Below are positions 54,407 through 62,418 of a DNA stretch of 64,000 bases, piece after piece. Source of the DNA: an uncultured virus (IMG/VR IMGVR_UViG_3300040946_000488) (Duplodnaviria; Heunggongvirae; Uroviricota; Caudoviricetes); the IMG/VR virus record IMGVR_UViG_3300040946_000488. The stretch is one strand, 5' to 3'. Position 1 is the first letter of the stretch, and every line of letters starts with the position of its first letter. The notes below the pieces were generated by a model. The model made no database searches and was not told the DNA's origin. It was given only the letters and a program-made list of their open reading frames with translations. Both the position numbers and the translations under genes were made by a program.

Positions 54407-55299
54407 GTGCGTTGGCCCGCTGGGTGCCTATCGGTGTCCTTGGCGTTCCGGCGGACGTTCGCGCAGATCGCTGGATCGTCGTGAGCCAGCTTGCCCCCAC
54501 TGGCAGCCAGCTCCTCCTCGGTCGTGATGCCAGGGCCGCCGCACTCCTTGCAGATGGCCACGACTTGCCTCATGCCTGGTTGCCATGCCATGATTTCACC
54601 TCGCCTGTGACCAGAGCTTCAGCTCGGGGTTATAGCGCGCCCACCTCCGGACCGTGCCCCGGCTCACCCACTCCAGGAGCTGGGACTTCGAGTGCAGGAA
54701 CGAACCGCGCCATCGCCTCACGACCTGGACCACCGCTTCCCGGCCAACCATCCGGCACAGCAGATCCTTCTGGGCCTGCGTCCCGTTGGGCAAGATCACC
54801 ATGGCCACCTCCTCCAGATCGCGTGGCAGCCGCAGGAGGCGAGCGCCAGGGCCTCGGAAAGACGCACTCAATAGCTTGGGCAACCTCGACTGCCTCGCCT
54901 TAGAAATTTCCCGTCCCAGGGCGCGCACCATCTCATCCAATTCAACCTGGCCATACCGACAGCCCTGCCAGCGTGACGTGGCAGCGTCCCGTGCAATGAA
55001 CGCCCTCTCCCGGGGCAACAGTCGCCGAGCCCTGGCGGAACCTCCGCGCTTGCCGCCCAGGCGGCCCAGGGCCACGGCGTGAGGGTTCTTCTTCATGGGG
55101 GATGAGGATGACATGGAGACTCAAGCATGATCAAGCCCTTATTGGCCAGGCATGGAGAAGTGACGGGGACGGGGGCGACGGGGACCGTCAGGCGCAACAG
55201 ACGCCGGACGAGTCCCAATCGACACCAAAGCCGCGCTCCCCGATTGCCATCAATGACGTAAGTGCGCGAATTCATTGTCAAAGATTGTCCTCTCCGTTC

Positions 55300-55328
55300 T
55301 TGACACCTGGTTCCGGGCTGGATAGGAT
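55300..55328 (+). promoter_or_regulatory. Conserved promoter motif copy upstream of the 624-aa gene
   Basis: TTGACACCTGGTTC, 17-nt spacer, TAGGAT. Confidence 0.6.
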
Positions 55329-55406
55329 TTGGGATGACAGTGAAAAGAAGCCCCTACATGACGTCTTGTCGAACAAGTTGAACAAAAAGGACAAGGAGCA
55401 TTCATT

Positions 55407-57281
55407 GTGAACTCATCAATCCACCAATTGTGCCACCTACCCGAAGCCTCCAAAGAACCGCAATCCGACAATCCATTCTACATGGATAAATCAGAATTGA
55501 ACTCGAAGTTTGGGAGATATTCCAAGAAGGATCTTGCCACGCTTGATGAAGTTCTCAGAGATCAATCTCACTCCATTCAAGAAGCCATCGACCTTACCCC
55601 TGTTCTCCTGAATGGATGGTACTGGACGGGACACCCAACCCGACAGGAACGCCTGAATCTCAAGGGAAAGTACCTATTTTTCTCCCCATCTCGCAAGGTC
55701 CTGTCCAGAATTGCTTGGAAAGAGATGCAACGGTATCACATCAAACTGGCTAAAATTTCCGCCGTTCCTGTTGGAGGAGAACATGTCCTGTGCCTTTATC
55801 ATCAGGACGACAGCCTGAAACTGAAATTGGCAAAATCTTCTTATTATGAACATGGGCTGGAAGCATACGGCTCTCTTTACTGCCAGAAGCGAAACCTAGA
55901 ACCCTTTCCTGGACCCTTTCGAGGAAAATACCGTTGGTGGAAAAGCAACGAAGCCACTGACGCTGGCATCTATTCGGCTGGTTTTTTGACGAAACTGTCA
56001 CAGGTGGGGGCGGACGCCTGCGATCCGGAGGAGACAGCCAAGATCTTGGAGCGTATGCGTCTTTCTGACCTGCGTAGCAACCAGAGCAAGCCGGACAATA
56101 TACCAGCCGAAGCCAAATGCGAATTGATCGTTGATGTGGCTGGACGGTCCTTGAAGGCCGTGACAAAGGATAGCTCGGTGCAACCCATTTCCAATCAAAT
56201 CATACCAAAACAAACACTTCCTCCTCCAGGATTCAAGTCATTGTTGCCAACGGGAACGATCTATGCGGCAATCGGCCCGCACGAGAAGATCTTCTATATT
56301 GGATGGACAAGCAGAGATCTCCAGACACGTCAGAAAGAACATCTTTCCCGCTGCCAGAATTGGCTGGGCTACGTGTGGGAGGCCGGAACCCCCAAGCCAT
56401 TTGCCATGTTATTGCACATGCTGCGCCGAAACGGAACAGCCCATCTCATTCATTTTGAAGAACTATGCCAAGGAACCAAACGAGATGAATGTAAATTGAT
56501 CCAAGAAAAATGGCTTGAAGGCCATCCCATACTCAATCTAGGAATTCCTTGCCATGAGCTTCAAGAACCGTGTGGACACGGAGCTGACTGCACAAAGGCG
56601 TCCGTAAACCAGCTTGGTTGTCAAGGAACCATACTCAAGGGATTGGCTCACGTGAAACATCGCCTCGAACCGTACATTGTCAGATGGGGATTGATCGACG
56701 ACAAGTCAATGCTTTTCACAGTTCAGACTGCTTTAGAACCAATGTTAGTTCGGACATTTCGATTTGAACCAAGTCTTTGGAATTCGACAGTCCCATCGAA
56801 ATCTCCCTGGAATCAGTGGATAGCGAAGACCAATTGGCTTGAACGAACCTCCTGGAATCGAACGAGACAGCCACGTGAATATAATCACGACATGGCTCGA
56901 TACGTAATAGAATTATACCAACAGGATGGAACGCACTATGGATATGCGCACGTCTATGTTGAAATATTAGACGACCATACTGTAGGAGTATGCTCCTTCG
57001 AGGATTTGGCTGGAATCGCATATCCTCCTCCTGAGTTTCCCTTGAATGATGATCTCGAAATGTGTCTTACCCCGAGATACGACGAACCCCTCGATGAAAT
57101 TAGGAACCATTTCTGGGAGGTGCCATCCTCACATCTCGATGCTGTGTTACAACAGCTATCCTTTGAAACTCCATTGAAACTTACAACCATAGAAAGAGTT
57201 GACGAACACAAGTGGAATATCAAGAATCATGGTGGTGTAGGAACCAGCGGAATTGGTTGGAGACAAATAGAAAAAGGATAA
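55407..57281 (+). CDS. Low-GC multidomain protein: DUF1917-like domain plus GIY-YIG-like domain
   Basis: GKYLFF..AKIS..VLCLY..WKSNEATDAGIY; TIYA...FYIGWT..L.TR..EH. Confidence 0.55.
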   Translation: MNSSIHQLCHLPEASKEPQSDNPFYMDKSELNSKFGRYSKKDLATLDEVLRDQSHSIQEAIDLTPVLLNGWYWTGHPTRQERLNLKGKYLFFSPSRKVLSRIAWKEMQRYHIKLAKISAVPVGGEHVLCLYHQDDSLKLKLAKSSYYEHGLEAYGSLYCQKRNLEPFPGPFRGKYRWWKSNEATDAGIYSAGFLTKLSQVGADACDPEETAKILERMRLSDLRSNQSKPDNIPAEAKCELIVDVAGRSLKAVTKDSSVQPISNQIIPKQTLPPPGFKSLLPTGTIYAAIGPHEKIFYIGWTSRDLQTRQKEHLSRCQNWLGYVWEAGTPKPFAMLLHMLRRNGTAHLIHFEELCQGTKRDECKLIQEKWLEGHPILNLGIPCHELQEPCGHGADCTKASVNQLGCQGTILKGLAHVKHRLEPYIVRWGLIDDKSMLFTVQTALEPMLVRTFRFEPSLWNSTVPSKSPWNQWIAKTNWLERTSWNRTRQPREYNHDMARYVIELYQQDGTHYGYAHVYVEILDDHTVGVCSFEDLAGIAYPPPEFPLNDDLEMCLTPRYDEPLDEIRNHFWEVPSSHLDAVLQQLSFETPLKLTTIERVDEHKWNIKNHGGVGTSGIGWRQIEKG

Positions 57282-57330
57282 GGAATAATAGCCTCATCTT
57301 CTCTAAGACCCTCCCAGGCTTGAAACCAAA

Positions 57331-57732
57331 ATGAAAAAGATCCAGCCCAAGATTGCATGGAGCCGGCCCGATCGATGCTGGGTGGGAAGCGCCCCTCCCC
57401 TCGTCGGCCCATGCTGCCATGGAGAGAGCAAGGGAGAGGTCGCCGCCTCCCTCGCGGATATTATCCGGGATCTGGCCTGCGATCTGGCGCCCCATGCGAT
57501 CCCGAGGCCCAGGACCACCATGGTGATGGAAGGGGCCAAGCTCCCCCCAGGCAAGAGCCTCGACCAGATGGTGCGGGACGGCCTCATCAACAAAGACGGC
57601 TCGCTGAGCCGCCGGCCCCGGCCCAAGAAGACCATCGGGGAACTCATGCTGGAGGACGCCGTGAGGTGGGCCAACCTCGTCTTGGCCAGGGACCCTGCGA
57701 GAAAGGTCCGACGACGAGCCCTCGACAGATGA
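57331..57732 (+). CDS. HicB-like protein
   Basis: WS..D.CWVG..P.L....HGES..E...L. Confidence 0.5.
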   Translation: MKKIQPKIAWSRPDRCWVGSAPPLVGPCCHGESKGEVAASLADIIRDLACDLAPHAIPRPRTTMVMEGAKLPPGKSLDQMVRDGLINKDGSLSRRPRPKKTIGELMLEDAVRWANLVLARDPARKVRRRALDR

Positions 57733-57873
57733 TGGAGGCCCGGGCGGGGAAACCCCGCCCAGGCCAAGTACGCCGCCCAATCAATCAAGAGCCGAGCAGC
57801 CATCGCGATCATGCACATGGCTTCCCTCCCCGTCAACCCCCAACCAGAACAATTTTCTGACCAGGCCAGGTCG

Positions 57874-58407
57874 CTACGAATCGAGCGCCGTTGTCCAGTA
57901 CGGCGCCCATTCCTCGGGGATGTTGCGCGTGTCCATCCGCACCGTGATGGCCGGCAGGTAAGCCGGCTTCCTCGGCTGGCGGAGCAGTCGCATCCCCGCC
58001 TCGGCGGGAGTCCGATCCCCCTTGTGCTTGTTACACAAAACACAACAAGAACAAATGTTCTCCCACACGGTACGGCCACCCCGCGAGCGTGGAATGACGT
58101 GGTCGAAGGTCAGATCTTCCGACATGAACTGATGCCCACAATACTGGCACCGGAACCCGTCCCGCGTGTAGATGTTGACCCGGCTGAACTTCACCCTGAT
58201 CCGCTCGCGCTTGAAGCTGTTCGCCAGGCGGACGACGGATGGCATCGGCCAGGCACGGGTCGCGCTCTGGATGGTCCTGTCCTTCGAGTATTCCACCACC
58301 TCGACCTTCCCGGTGAAGAAGTCGCAGATGGCCCTCTGCCACGGCTCCACGCGGAGCGGGCGCATCCCCACATCGAGGACGAGTACAGCGGCGTTCATGG
58401 CATTCAT
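57874..58407 (-). CDS. HNH endonuclease (McrA-like)
   Basis: RDGFRCQYCG..LTFDHVIPRSRGG...WEN....C..CN..KG. Confidence 0.93.
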   Translation of the reverse strand: MNAMNAAVLVLDVGMRPLRVEPWQRAICDFFTGKVEVVEYSKDRTIQSATRAWPMPSVVRLANSFKRERIRVKFSRVNIYTRDGFRCQYCGHQFMSEDLTFDHVIPRSRGGRTVWENICSCCVLCNKHKGDRTPAEAGMRLLRQPRKPAYLPAITVRMDTRNIPEEWAPYWTTALDS

Positions 58408-58444
58408 CTCCTATGCTACAGGTTCATTCCGAGAAAATACAGCG

Positions 58445-58522
58445 TGCGCGCGAGGAGGGACTCAAACCCCCTGCCTCCGAGGTCATTACTCTACGGCGCT
58501 CTGTCAGTTGAGCTACTCGCGC
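58445..58522 (-). ncRNA. tRNA-like RNA with aberrant anticodon arm
   Basis: Acceptor GCGCGAG/CTCGCGC; D and T arms intact; no 7-nt anticodon loop. Confidence 0.6.
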
Positions 58523-58526
58523 ATCG

Positions 58527-58591
58527 TGGGGCGGGATGGACTTGGACCACCATCTCCTCTTTCAAGGAACCTGATCTTGGACGACCGCCCC
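58527..58591 (-). ncRNA. Short tRNA-like RNA
   Basis: Acceptor GGGGCGG/CCGCCCC and T arm; reduced D arm; 6-nt loop. Confidence 0.45.
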
Positions 58592-58596
58592 GTATT

Positions 58597-58914
58597 TTAG
58601 TGGAGAAGTGGCAGGTTGGACACCACCTTCCTCACCGGGCGACGATCATGGACCAGGCTGCACCCGATGCATGTGGCCTGGCCGTCAAATGGGACATCGA
58701 CCTCGACCACCAGCTTGTGATCCACCCCGGCCACGTCGAGCCTCCTGGAGAGAGCCCGCAAGGACGCCTCATCAGGGACCGAGAGCACGACAACATAGGT
58801 CTCCGGGGGATGCTGGCCGAAACTGCCGGCGGCATGGGCCACCTGAGCGGCCTGGAAACCGCGAGGCAAGTCATCTCGCACCACCAGGTACTGGGTAGGG
58901 GGGCCGGCGTCAAT
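58597..58914 (-). CDS. Pth2-like peptidyl-tRNA hydrolase
   Basis: YLVVR.DL..G..AAQVAHA, VVL.V..E..L, TCIG, LPL; start unclear. Confidence 0.8.
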   Translation of the reverse strand: MDAGPPTQYLVVRDDLPRGFQAAQVAHAAGSFGQHPPETYVVVLSVPDEASLRALSRRLDVAGVDHKLVVEVDVPFDGQATCIGCSLVHDRRPVRKVVSNLPLLH

Positions 58915-59008
58915 CCTTGCCGTCGAACCCCGGATCGTCATCGATCGGCACCGTGGCGGTGCTGATGATGAGTCCGAGGAGATCATTTGCCTTGGACATG
59001 TTGTCCTC

Positions 59009-59361
59009 TCACTTGTATTCCCGTTTCGCCAGCTTGGGGAGGGTGTATTCGGCTCCCCTGAAAATCATGCCCTCAGGCCCCCATTTTGCGTATTTCTCGA
59101 TCCCGGCCTTCGCGAGGGGCGACAGCTTGACGCCGGCACGGATGGCGAGTCCGTAGGGGGTCCACCGAAGGATGTGCTGCAGATCCTTTGGGGTGACCTT
59201 GTCGTAGGCTGCGTTGGCGATGTGGTAGGGAACCTCAATGCTCTTGATGACCCCGTGCTCGATGGCTGAGAGTCCCTTCCGGACAGCCTTGAAGGGATTG
59301 AACCCCCATCCCTTGGTGGCGTCGAGGTAGTCTCCGAGAAGCTGCTGTTTTTTGATGCCAT
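59009..59361 (-). CDS. ~117-aa protein requiring a -1 frameshift at A-AAA-AAC
   Basis: AGGAG RBS and ATG in one frame; the coding-like frame (QQLLGDYLDATKGWGFNPF...) is -1 and lacks an early start. Confidence 0.55.
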
Positions 59362-59413
59362 GACGTGTTACTCCTAGACGGTTCGGCGCATCGGCCCCGA
59401 TCGCATGGGCATG

Positions 59414-59441
59414 ATTCTATCCACGCCCAGGACTACGTCAA
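59414..59441 (-). promoter_or_regulatory. Sigma70-like promoter for the pth2 operon
   Basis: TTGACG-16nt-TAGAAT. Confidence 0.55.
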
Positions 59442-59451
59442 GAGAAAAAAG

Positions 59452-59534
59452 TGCCCCCTGGGGGAGTCGGACCCCCACGGCCTTCCGGCCACCTGATTTT
59501 GAGCCAGGCGTGACTGCCATTCCACCAAAGGGGC
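59452..59534 (-). tRNA. tRNA-Leu(CAA)
   Basis: Cloverleaf, long variable arm, loop CT-CAA-AA. Confidence 0.9.
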
Positions 59535-59539
59535 AAAGG

Positions 59540-59622
59540 TGCCGGGAACAGGAATCGAACCTGCACGCCCTCACGGGCGGGGGAGTTTAGGTCCCCCATG
59601 ACTGCCATTCCATCATCCCGGC
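59540..59622 (-). tRNA. tRNA-Leu(TAA)
   Basis: Loop CC-TAA-AC, long variable arm. Confidence 0.85.
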
Positions 59623-59623
59623 A

Positions 59624-59709
59624 TGGTGCGCCCGGGGGGAGTCGGACCCCCACGGCCTTTCGGCCACACGACCCTGAATCGTGCGTGACTGCCATTCCAC
59701 CACGGGCGC
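59624..59709 (-). tRNA. tRNA-Leu(CAG)
   Basis: Loop TT-CAG-GG, encoded CCA. Confidence 0.9.
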
Positions 59710-59710
59710 A

Positions 59711-59794
59711 TGATCGGCGAGGGAATCGAACCCTCACGTCCACAAGGGACACAGGTTCCTAAGACCTGCGCGACTGCCATTCCGCCAGCCGATC
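59711..59794 (-). tRNA. tRNA-Leu(TAG)
   Basis: Loop CT-TAG-GA. Confidence 0.9.
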
Positions 59795-59799
59795 GTCGG

Positions 59800-59882
59800 T
59801 GCGAATGGGGAGACTTGAACTCCCACGGGGTTTCCCCCACTGGTCCCTCGAACCAGCGTGACTACCATTCCACCACATTCGC
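59800..59882 (-). tRNA. tRNA-Leu(GAG)
   Basis: Loop TC-GAG-GG. Confidence 0.88.
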
Positions 59883-59886
59883 ATTG

Positions 59887-59958
59887 AGCCGCCACGGGAA
59901 CTCGAATCCCACTCTCCTGCTTACCAAGCAGGCACATCGCCATCAATGCTTTGGCGGC
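59887..59958 (-). tRNA. tRNA-Thr(GGT)
   Basis: Loop TT-GGT-AA. Confidence 0.88.
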
Positions 59959-59960
59959 AC

Positions 59961-60034
59961 GGAGTCCCCGGAGGGGATCGAACCCTCATCACCCGGTTTA
60001 GGAAACCGGGGCCAGTTCCAATCTGGACGAGGAC
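59961..60034 (-). tRNA. tRNA-Arg(CCT)
   Basis: Loop TT-CCT-AA. Confidence 0.82.
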
Positions 60035-60043
60035 GTGAACTTG

Positions 60044-60115
60044 TGGGCCTGCCGAGATTCGGACTCGGAACCTTGCGATTATGAGCCACCCGCTCTACCG
60101 TTGAGCTACAGGCCC
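60044..60115 (-). tRNA. tRNA-Ile2/Met(CAT)
   Basis: Loop CT-CAT-AA; GGGCCT acceptor resembles Ile2. Confidence 0.8.
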
Positions 60116-60150
60116 GGACCAACCATCCATTACGCCACACCCAGAAACTG

Positions 60151-60223
60151 CGCCCACGACGAGAATCGAACTCGCCTCACTCGGTAGACAGCCGAGATGC
60201 TTCATCCAGAGGCACACGTGGGC
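60151..60223 (-). tRNA. tRNA-Asp(GTC)
   Basis: Loop CT-GTC-TA, G73. Confidence 0.8.
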
Positions 60224-60242
60224 AATGATCTGCCATCCCTTG

Positions 60243-60313
60243 TCGGAGCAGGGCGAATCGAACGCCCGCCTGAGCCACGTGAAGACTCGGTCCTCCCACT
60301 AGACGATGCTCCG
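60243..60313 (-). tRNA. tRNA-Val(CAC), atypical C1-G72 acceptor
   Basis: Loop TT-CAC-GT. Confidence 0.75.
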
Positions 60314-60345
60314 TCTCTCCCGGCAGCACGAATTTCGATGTCAAG

Positions 60346-60712
60346 TGGACTCGGCGGGAATCGAACCCGCGTCCAGTATAGTGTTCAAAACGTCCAGCTA
60401 CGAGCGTGTCTGGTTTCTTGGGGGCGAGAGACACCAGCATCTCCCACTGCTATGCCCTCCACCATCTCCTGTCCTTGGCCCTCAGCCGGAGAAGATCTGA
60501 GGGAGCGTCCCTGGATTAACGTCGCTGTCCGCTGCCGGGCGCTGGCGGGGCGACGCCTCTTGTCCCTGGCGGCAATCAAGCAGCCTGAGCGAGAGGAGCC
60601 TCGAACGCATTGTCGTTGGCTTTTGATTTTTGGCATGATTGATGAAGCGGCCTTCACACCTTCCGCTGCTCGCGTCCGTTCCTAGTCCTACCTGTCGATA
60701 CCTTTCGAGCCC
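60346..60712 (-). ncRNA. ssrA: tmRNA
   Basis: Acceptor GGGCTCG/CGAGTCC-A with G3.U70; T arm GGTTCGATT; tag ORF 60576-60620 = ANDNAFEAPLAQAA*. Confidence 0.93.
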
Positions 60713-60739
60713 AGGATGCCATGCTACCACGAAAATGAG

Positions 60740-60810
60740 TCGGAGCAGGAAGAATCGAACTTCCGTCTGAGGCTCGTAAAACCTCGGCCCTCCCACTGGA
60801 CGATGCTCCG
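60740..60810 (-). tRNA. tRNA-Val(TAC), atypical C1-G72 acceptor
   Basis: Loop TT-TAC-GA. Confidence 0.75.
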
Positions 60811-60811
60811 G

Positions 60812-60883
60812 TGCGCGCGGCAAGACTCGAACTTGCGATCTCCGCCATGTCGAGGCGGCATCCTTCCACTGGACGACGCGCGC
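60812..60883 (-). tRNA. tRNA-Val(GAC)
   Basis: Loop TC-GAC-AT. Confidence 0.85.
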
Positions 60884-61209
60884 TTGCGATCAATTCATGC
60901 TCCCCTGGAAAACTCGTGCTCGCGACAGCTCCCGTCCGGCAGTACCCCCGTCCTCCGCGACCAATTCCGCCTGGCCCTGTCATAAGCCTCCTTGTCATCG
61001 TAGGAAATGGGACCTATCCAGGAAGGATGATCCTCCAGAGGCTTGGCCTTCGGATACGCAGGAACCGGATCATTCTTGATGCAGTGAAGCTTGTCAGGTC
61101 CTTTCTTGGCCAAGAAACTGGTCTGCATCGTCATCGCCACGAATTTGCAATTCTGACACCTGCGGGAAAACCTGCAATACGTCTTCGGTCTCATGTCTTT
61201 CACCTCCAG

Positions 61210-61282
61210 TCGGGATGGCCGGAGTCGAACCGGCAATCTCCTGTCCCCCAGACAGGCGGCTTACCAACAAGCCTTCACCCCG
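61210..61282 (-). tRNA. tRNA-Pro(GGG)
   Basis: Loop CT-GGG-GG, C1-G72. Confidence 0.88.
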
Positions 61283-61390
61283 GTGGCCCCAGGAGATGAC
61301 CCCTGGAGCCCATCCGCCATTAGCGGAGTCAGCTCACTTCAGCCAGTCCCTCCATGAGCACCCATCCCTGGACGTCTCCAGCCTGGTGGA

Positions 61391-61465
61391 TGGTGCCAGC
61401 AGCGGGGAATGATCCCACTCCTTGCGCTTATGGGGCGCGAGTCCTGACCAACTCAGATTGCTGGC
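61391..61465 (-). tRNA. tRNA-Met(CAT), atypical T loop
   Basis: Loop CC-CAT-AA, T loop ATCATTC, encoded CCA. Confidence 0.65.
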
Positions 61466-61469
61466 AGAG

Positions 61470-61542
61470 AGCCCGTGAGAGGATTTGAACCCCCATAGAC
61501 CTGGTCCGTAGCCAGGCGCCTGATCCATTAGGCTACACGGGC
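61470..61542 (-). tRNA. tRNA-Arg(ACG)
   Basis: Loop CT-ACG-GA. Confidence 0.9.
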
Positions 61543-61548
61543 GATTAG

Positions 61549-61620
61549 TAGCTCCGATGAGAATTGAACTCACGTTCCCGAATTGAAAGTCCGGTGTCCT
61601 GTCCGTTGGACGACGGAGCC
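61549..61620 (-). tRNA. tRNA-Glu(TTC)
   Basis: Loop CT-TTC-AA. Confidence 0.9.
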
Positions 61621-61622
61621 GC

Positions 61623-61697
61623 TGGTGATCCCAGGGGGATTCGGACCCCGCATTCCTGCCGTGAGAGAGCAGTGTCCTGCCGTTAGACGATGGGACC
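61623..61697 (-). tRNA. tRNA-Glu(CTC)
   Basis: Loop CT-CTC-AC, encoded CCA. Confidence 0.88.
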
Positions 61698-61699
61698 AA

Positions 61700-61776
61700 T
61701 GGAGTCCTCGGCCGGAATCGAACCGGCATTGTGCCTGGATCGGAGCCAGGTGCCCTGTCCATTAGGCGACGAGGAC
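61700..61776 (-). tRNA. tRNA-Arg(CCG)
   Basis: Loop CT-CCG-AT, encoded CCA. Confidence 0.9.
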
Positions 61777-61778
61777 GG

Positions 61779-61851
61779 TGGAACCCCCGCCGGGACTCGA
61801 ACCCGGGACGCCTGGTTTAGAGGACCTGGCTGCATTCCAATAGCCGGGGGC
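61779..61851 (-). tRNA. tRNA-Arg(TCT)
   Basis: Loop CC-TCT-AA, encoded CCA, imperfect anticodon stem. Confidence 0.75.
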
Positions 61852-61854
61852 AGA

Positions 61855-61930
61855 TGGCTCCGGGAGTAGGGATCGAACCTACGACTTCTTGATTAACAGT
61901 CAAGCCGCATTACCACTCGCGTATCCCGGA
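61855..61930 (-). tRNA. tRNA-Asn(GTT)
   Basis: Loop CT-GTT-AA, encoded CCA. Confidence 0.92.
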
Positions 61931-61931
61931 A

Positions 61932-62006
61932 TGGAGCTGGTGAGAGGAGTCGGACCCCCAACCAACGCATTACAAATGCGCTGCTCTGCCATTGAGCTAC
62001 ACCAGC
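61932..62006 (-). tRNA. tRNA-Thr(TGT)
   Basis: Loop TT-TGT-AA, encoded CCA. Confidence 0.9.
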
Positions 62007-62007
62007 G

Positions 62008-62103
62008 TAGCGGGGACTGGATTTGAACCAGTGAAACCGAGATTATGAGCCTCGTGGGTTTCGATCCGGCTTCCACCGGACCTCCAGACTTCCCTACCCC
62101 GCA
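62008..62103 (-). tRNA. Initiator-like tRNA-fMet(CAT) with D-loop hairpin insertion
   Basis: TGCGGGG/CCCCGCT-A (1:72 mismatch), loop CT-CAT-AA, T loop TTCAAAT. Confidence 0.72.
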
Positions 62104-62104
62104 G

Positions 62105-62176
62105 AGCCCATGCGCAGACTTGAACTGCGCTCGCCGGCTTACGAAACCGGAGCATCGCCGTCTATGCTTCATGGGC
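62105..62176 (-). tRNA. tRNA-Thr(CGT)
   Basis: Loop TT-CGT-AA. Confidence 0.88.
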
Positions 62177-62181
62177 GAATG

Positions 62182-62254
62182 AGCACCGTGCGAGAATCGG
62201 ACTCGCGTGAAACCGGCTTGGAAGGCCGGCGCCCAGCCACTAGGCCAACGGTGC
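62182..62254 (-). tRNA. tRNA-Gly(TCC)
   Basis: Loop CT-TCC-AA, U73. Confidence 0.88.
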
Positions 62255-62257
62255 AGA

Positions 62258-62332
62258 TGGAGCGGAGGACGAGATTCGGACTCGCGTCGTCTGCCTTGGC
62301 AAGGCAGTGCCTAACCACTCGGCCACCTCCGC
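62258..62332 (-). tRNA. tRNA-Gly(GCC)
   Basis: Loop TT-GCC-AA, encoded CCA. Confidence 0.9.
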
Positions 62333-62418
62333 ATCGGAGGCCCCGTTACCCGGGCCGGAGCTTTGATCCTCCACGGAACCCACCGAGGTACTCCTTGTAC
62401 TGGCCCGAGATCGCGATG

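Noticed and set aside
59065..59361. 98-aa Ser/Pro-rich ORF from the ORF track
   Set aside because: Shadow-frame composition; the -1 frame is the coding-like one
59540..59622. Amber suppressor tRNA (CTA visible in the loop)
   Set aside because: The 5-bp stem GGGGA/TCCCC centres TAA as the anticodon; the body is Leu-type and TAG is used as a stop in this window
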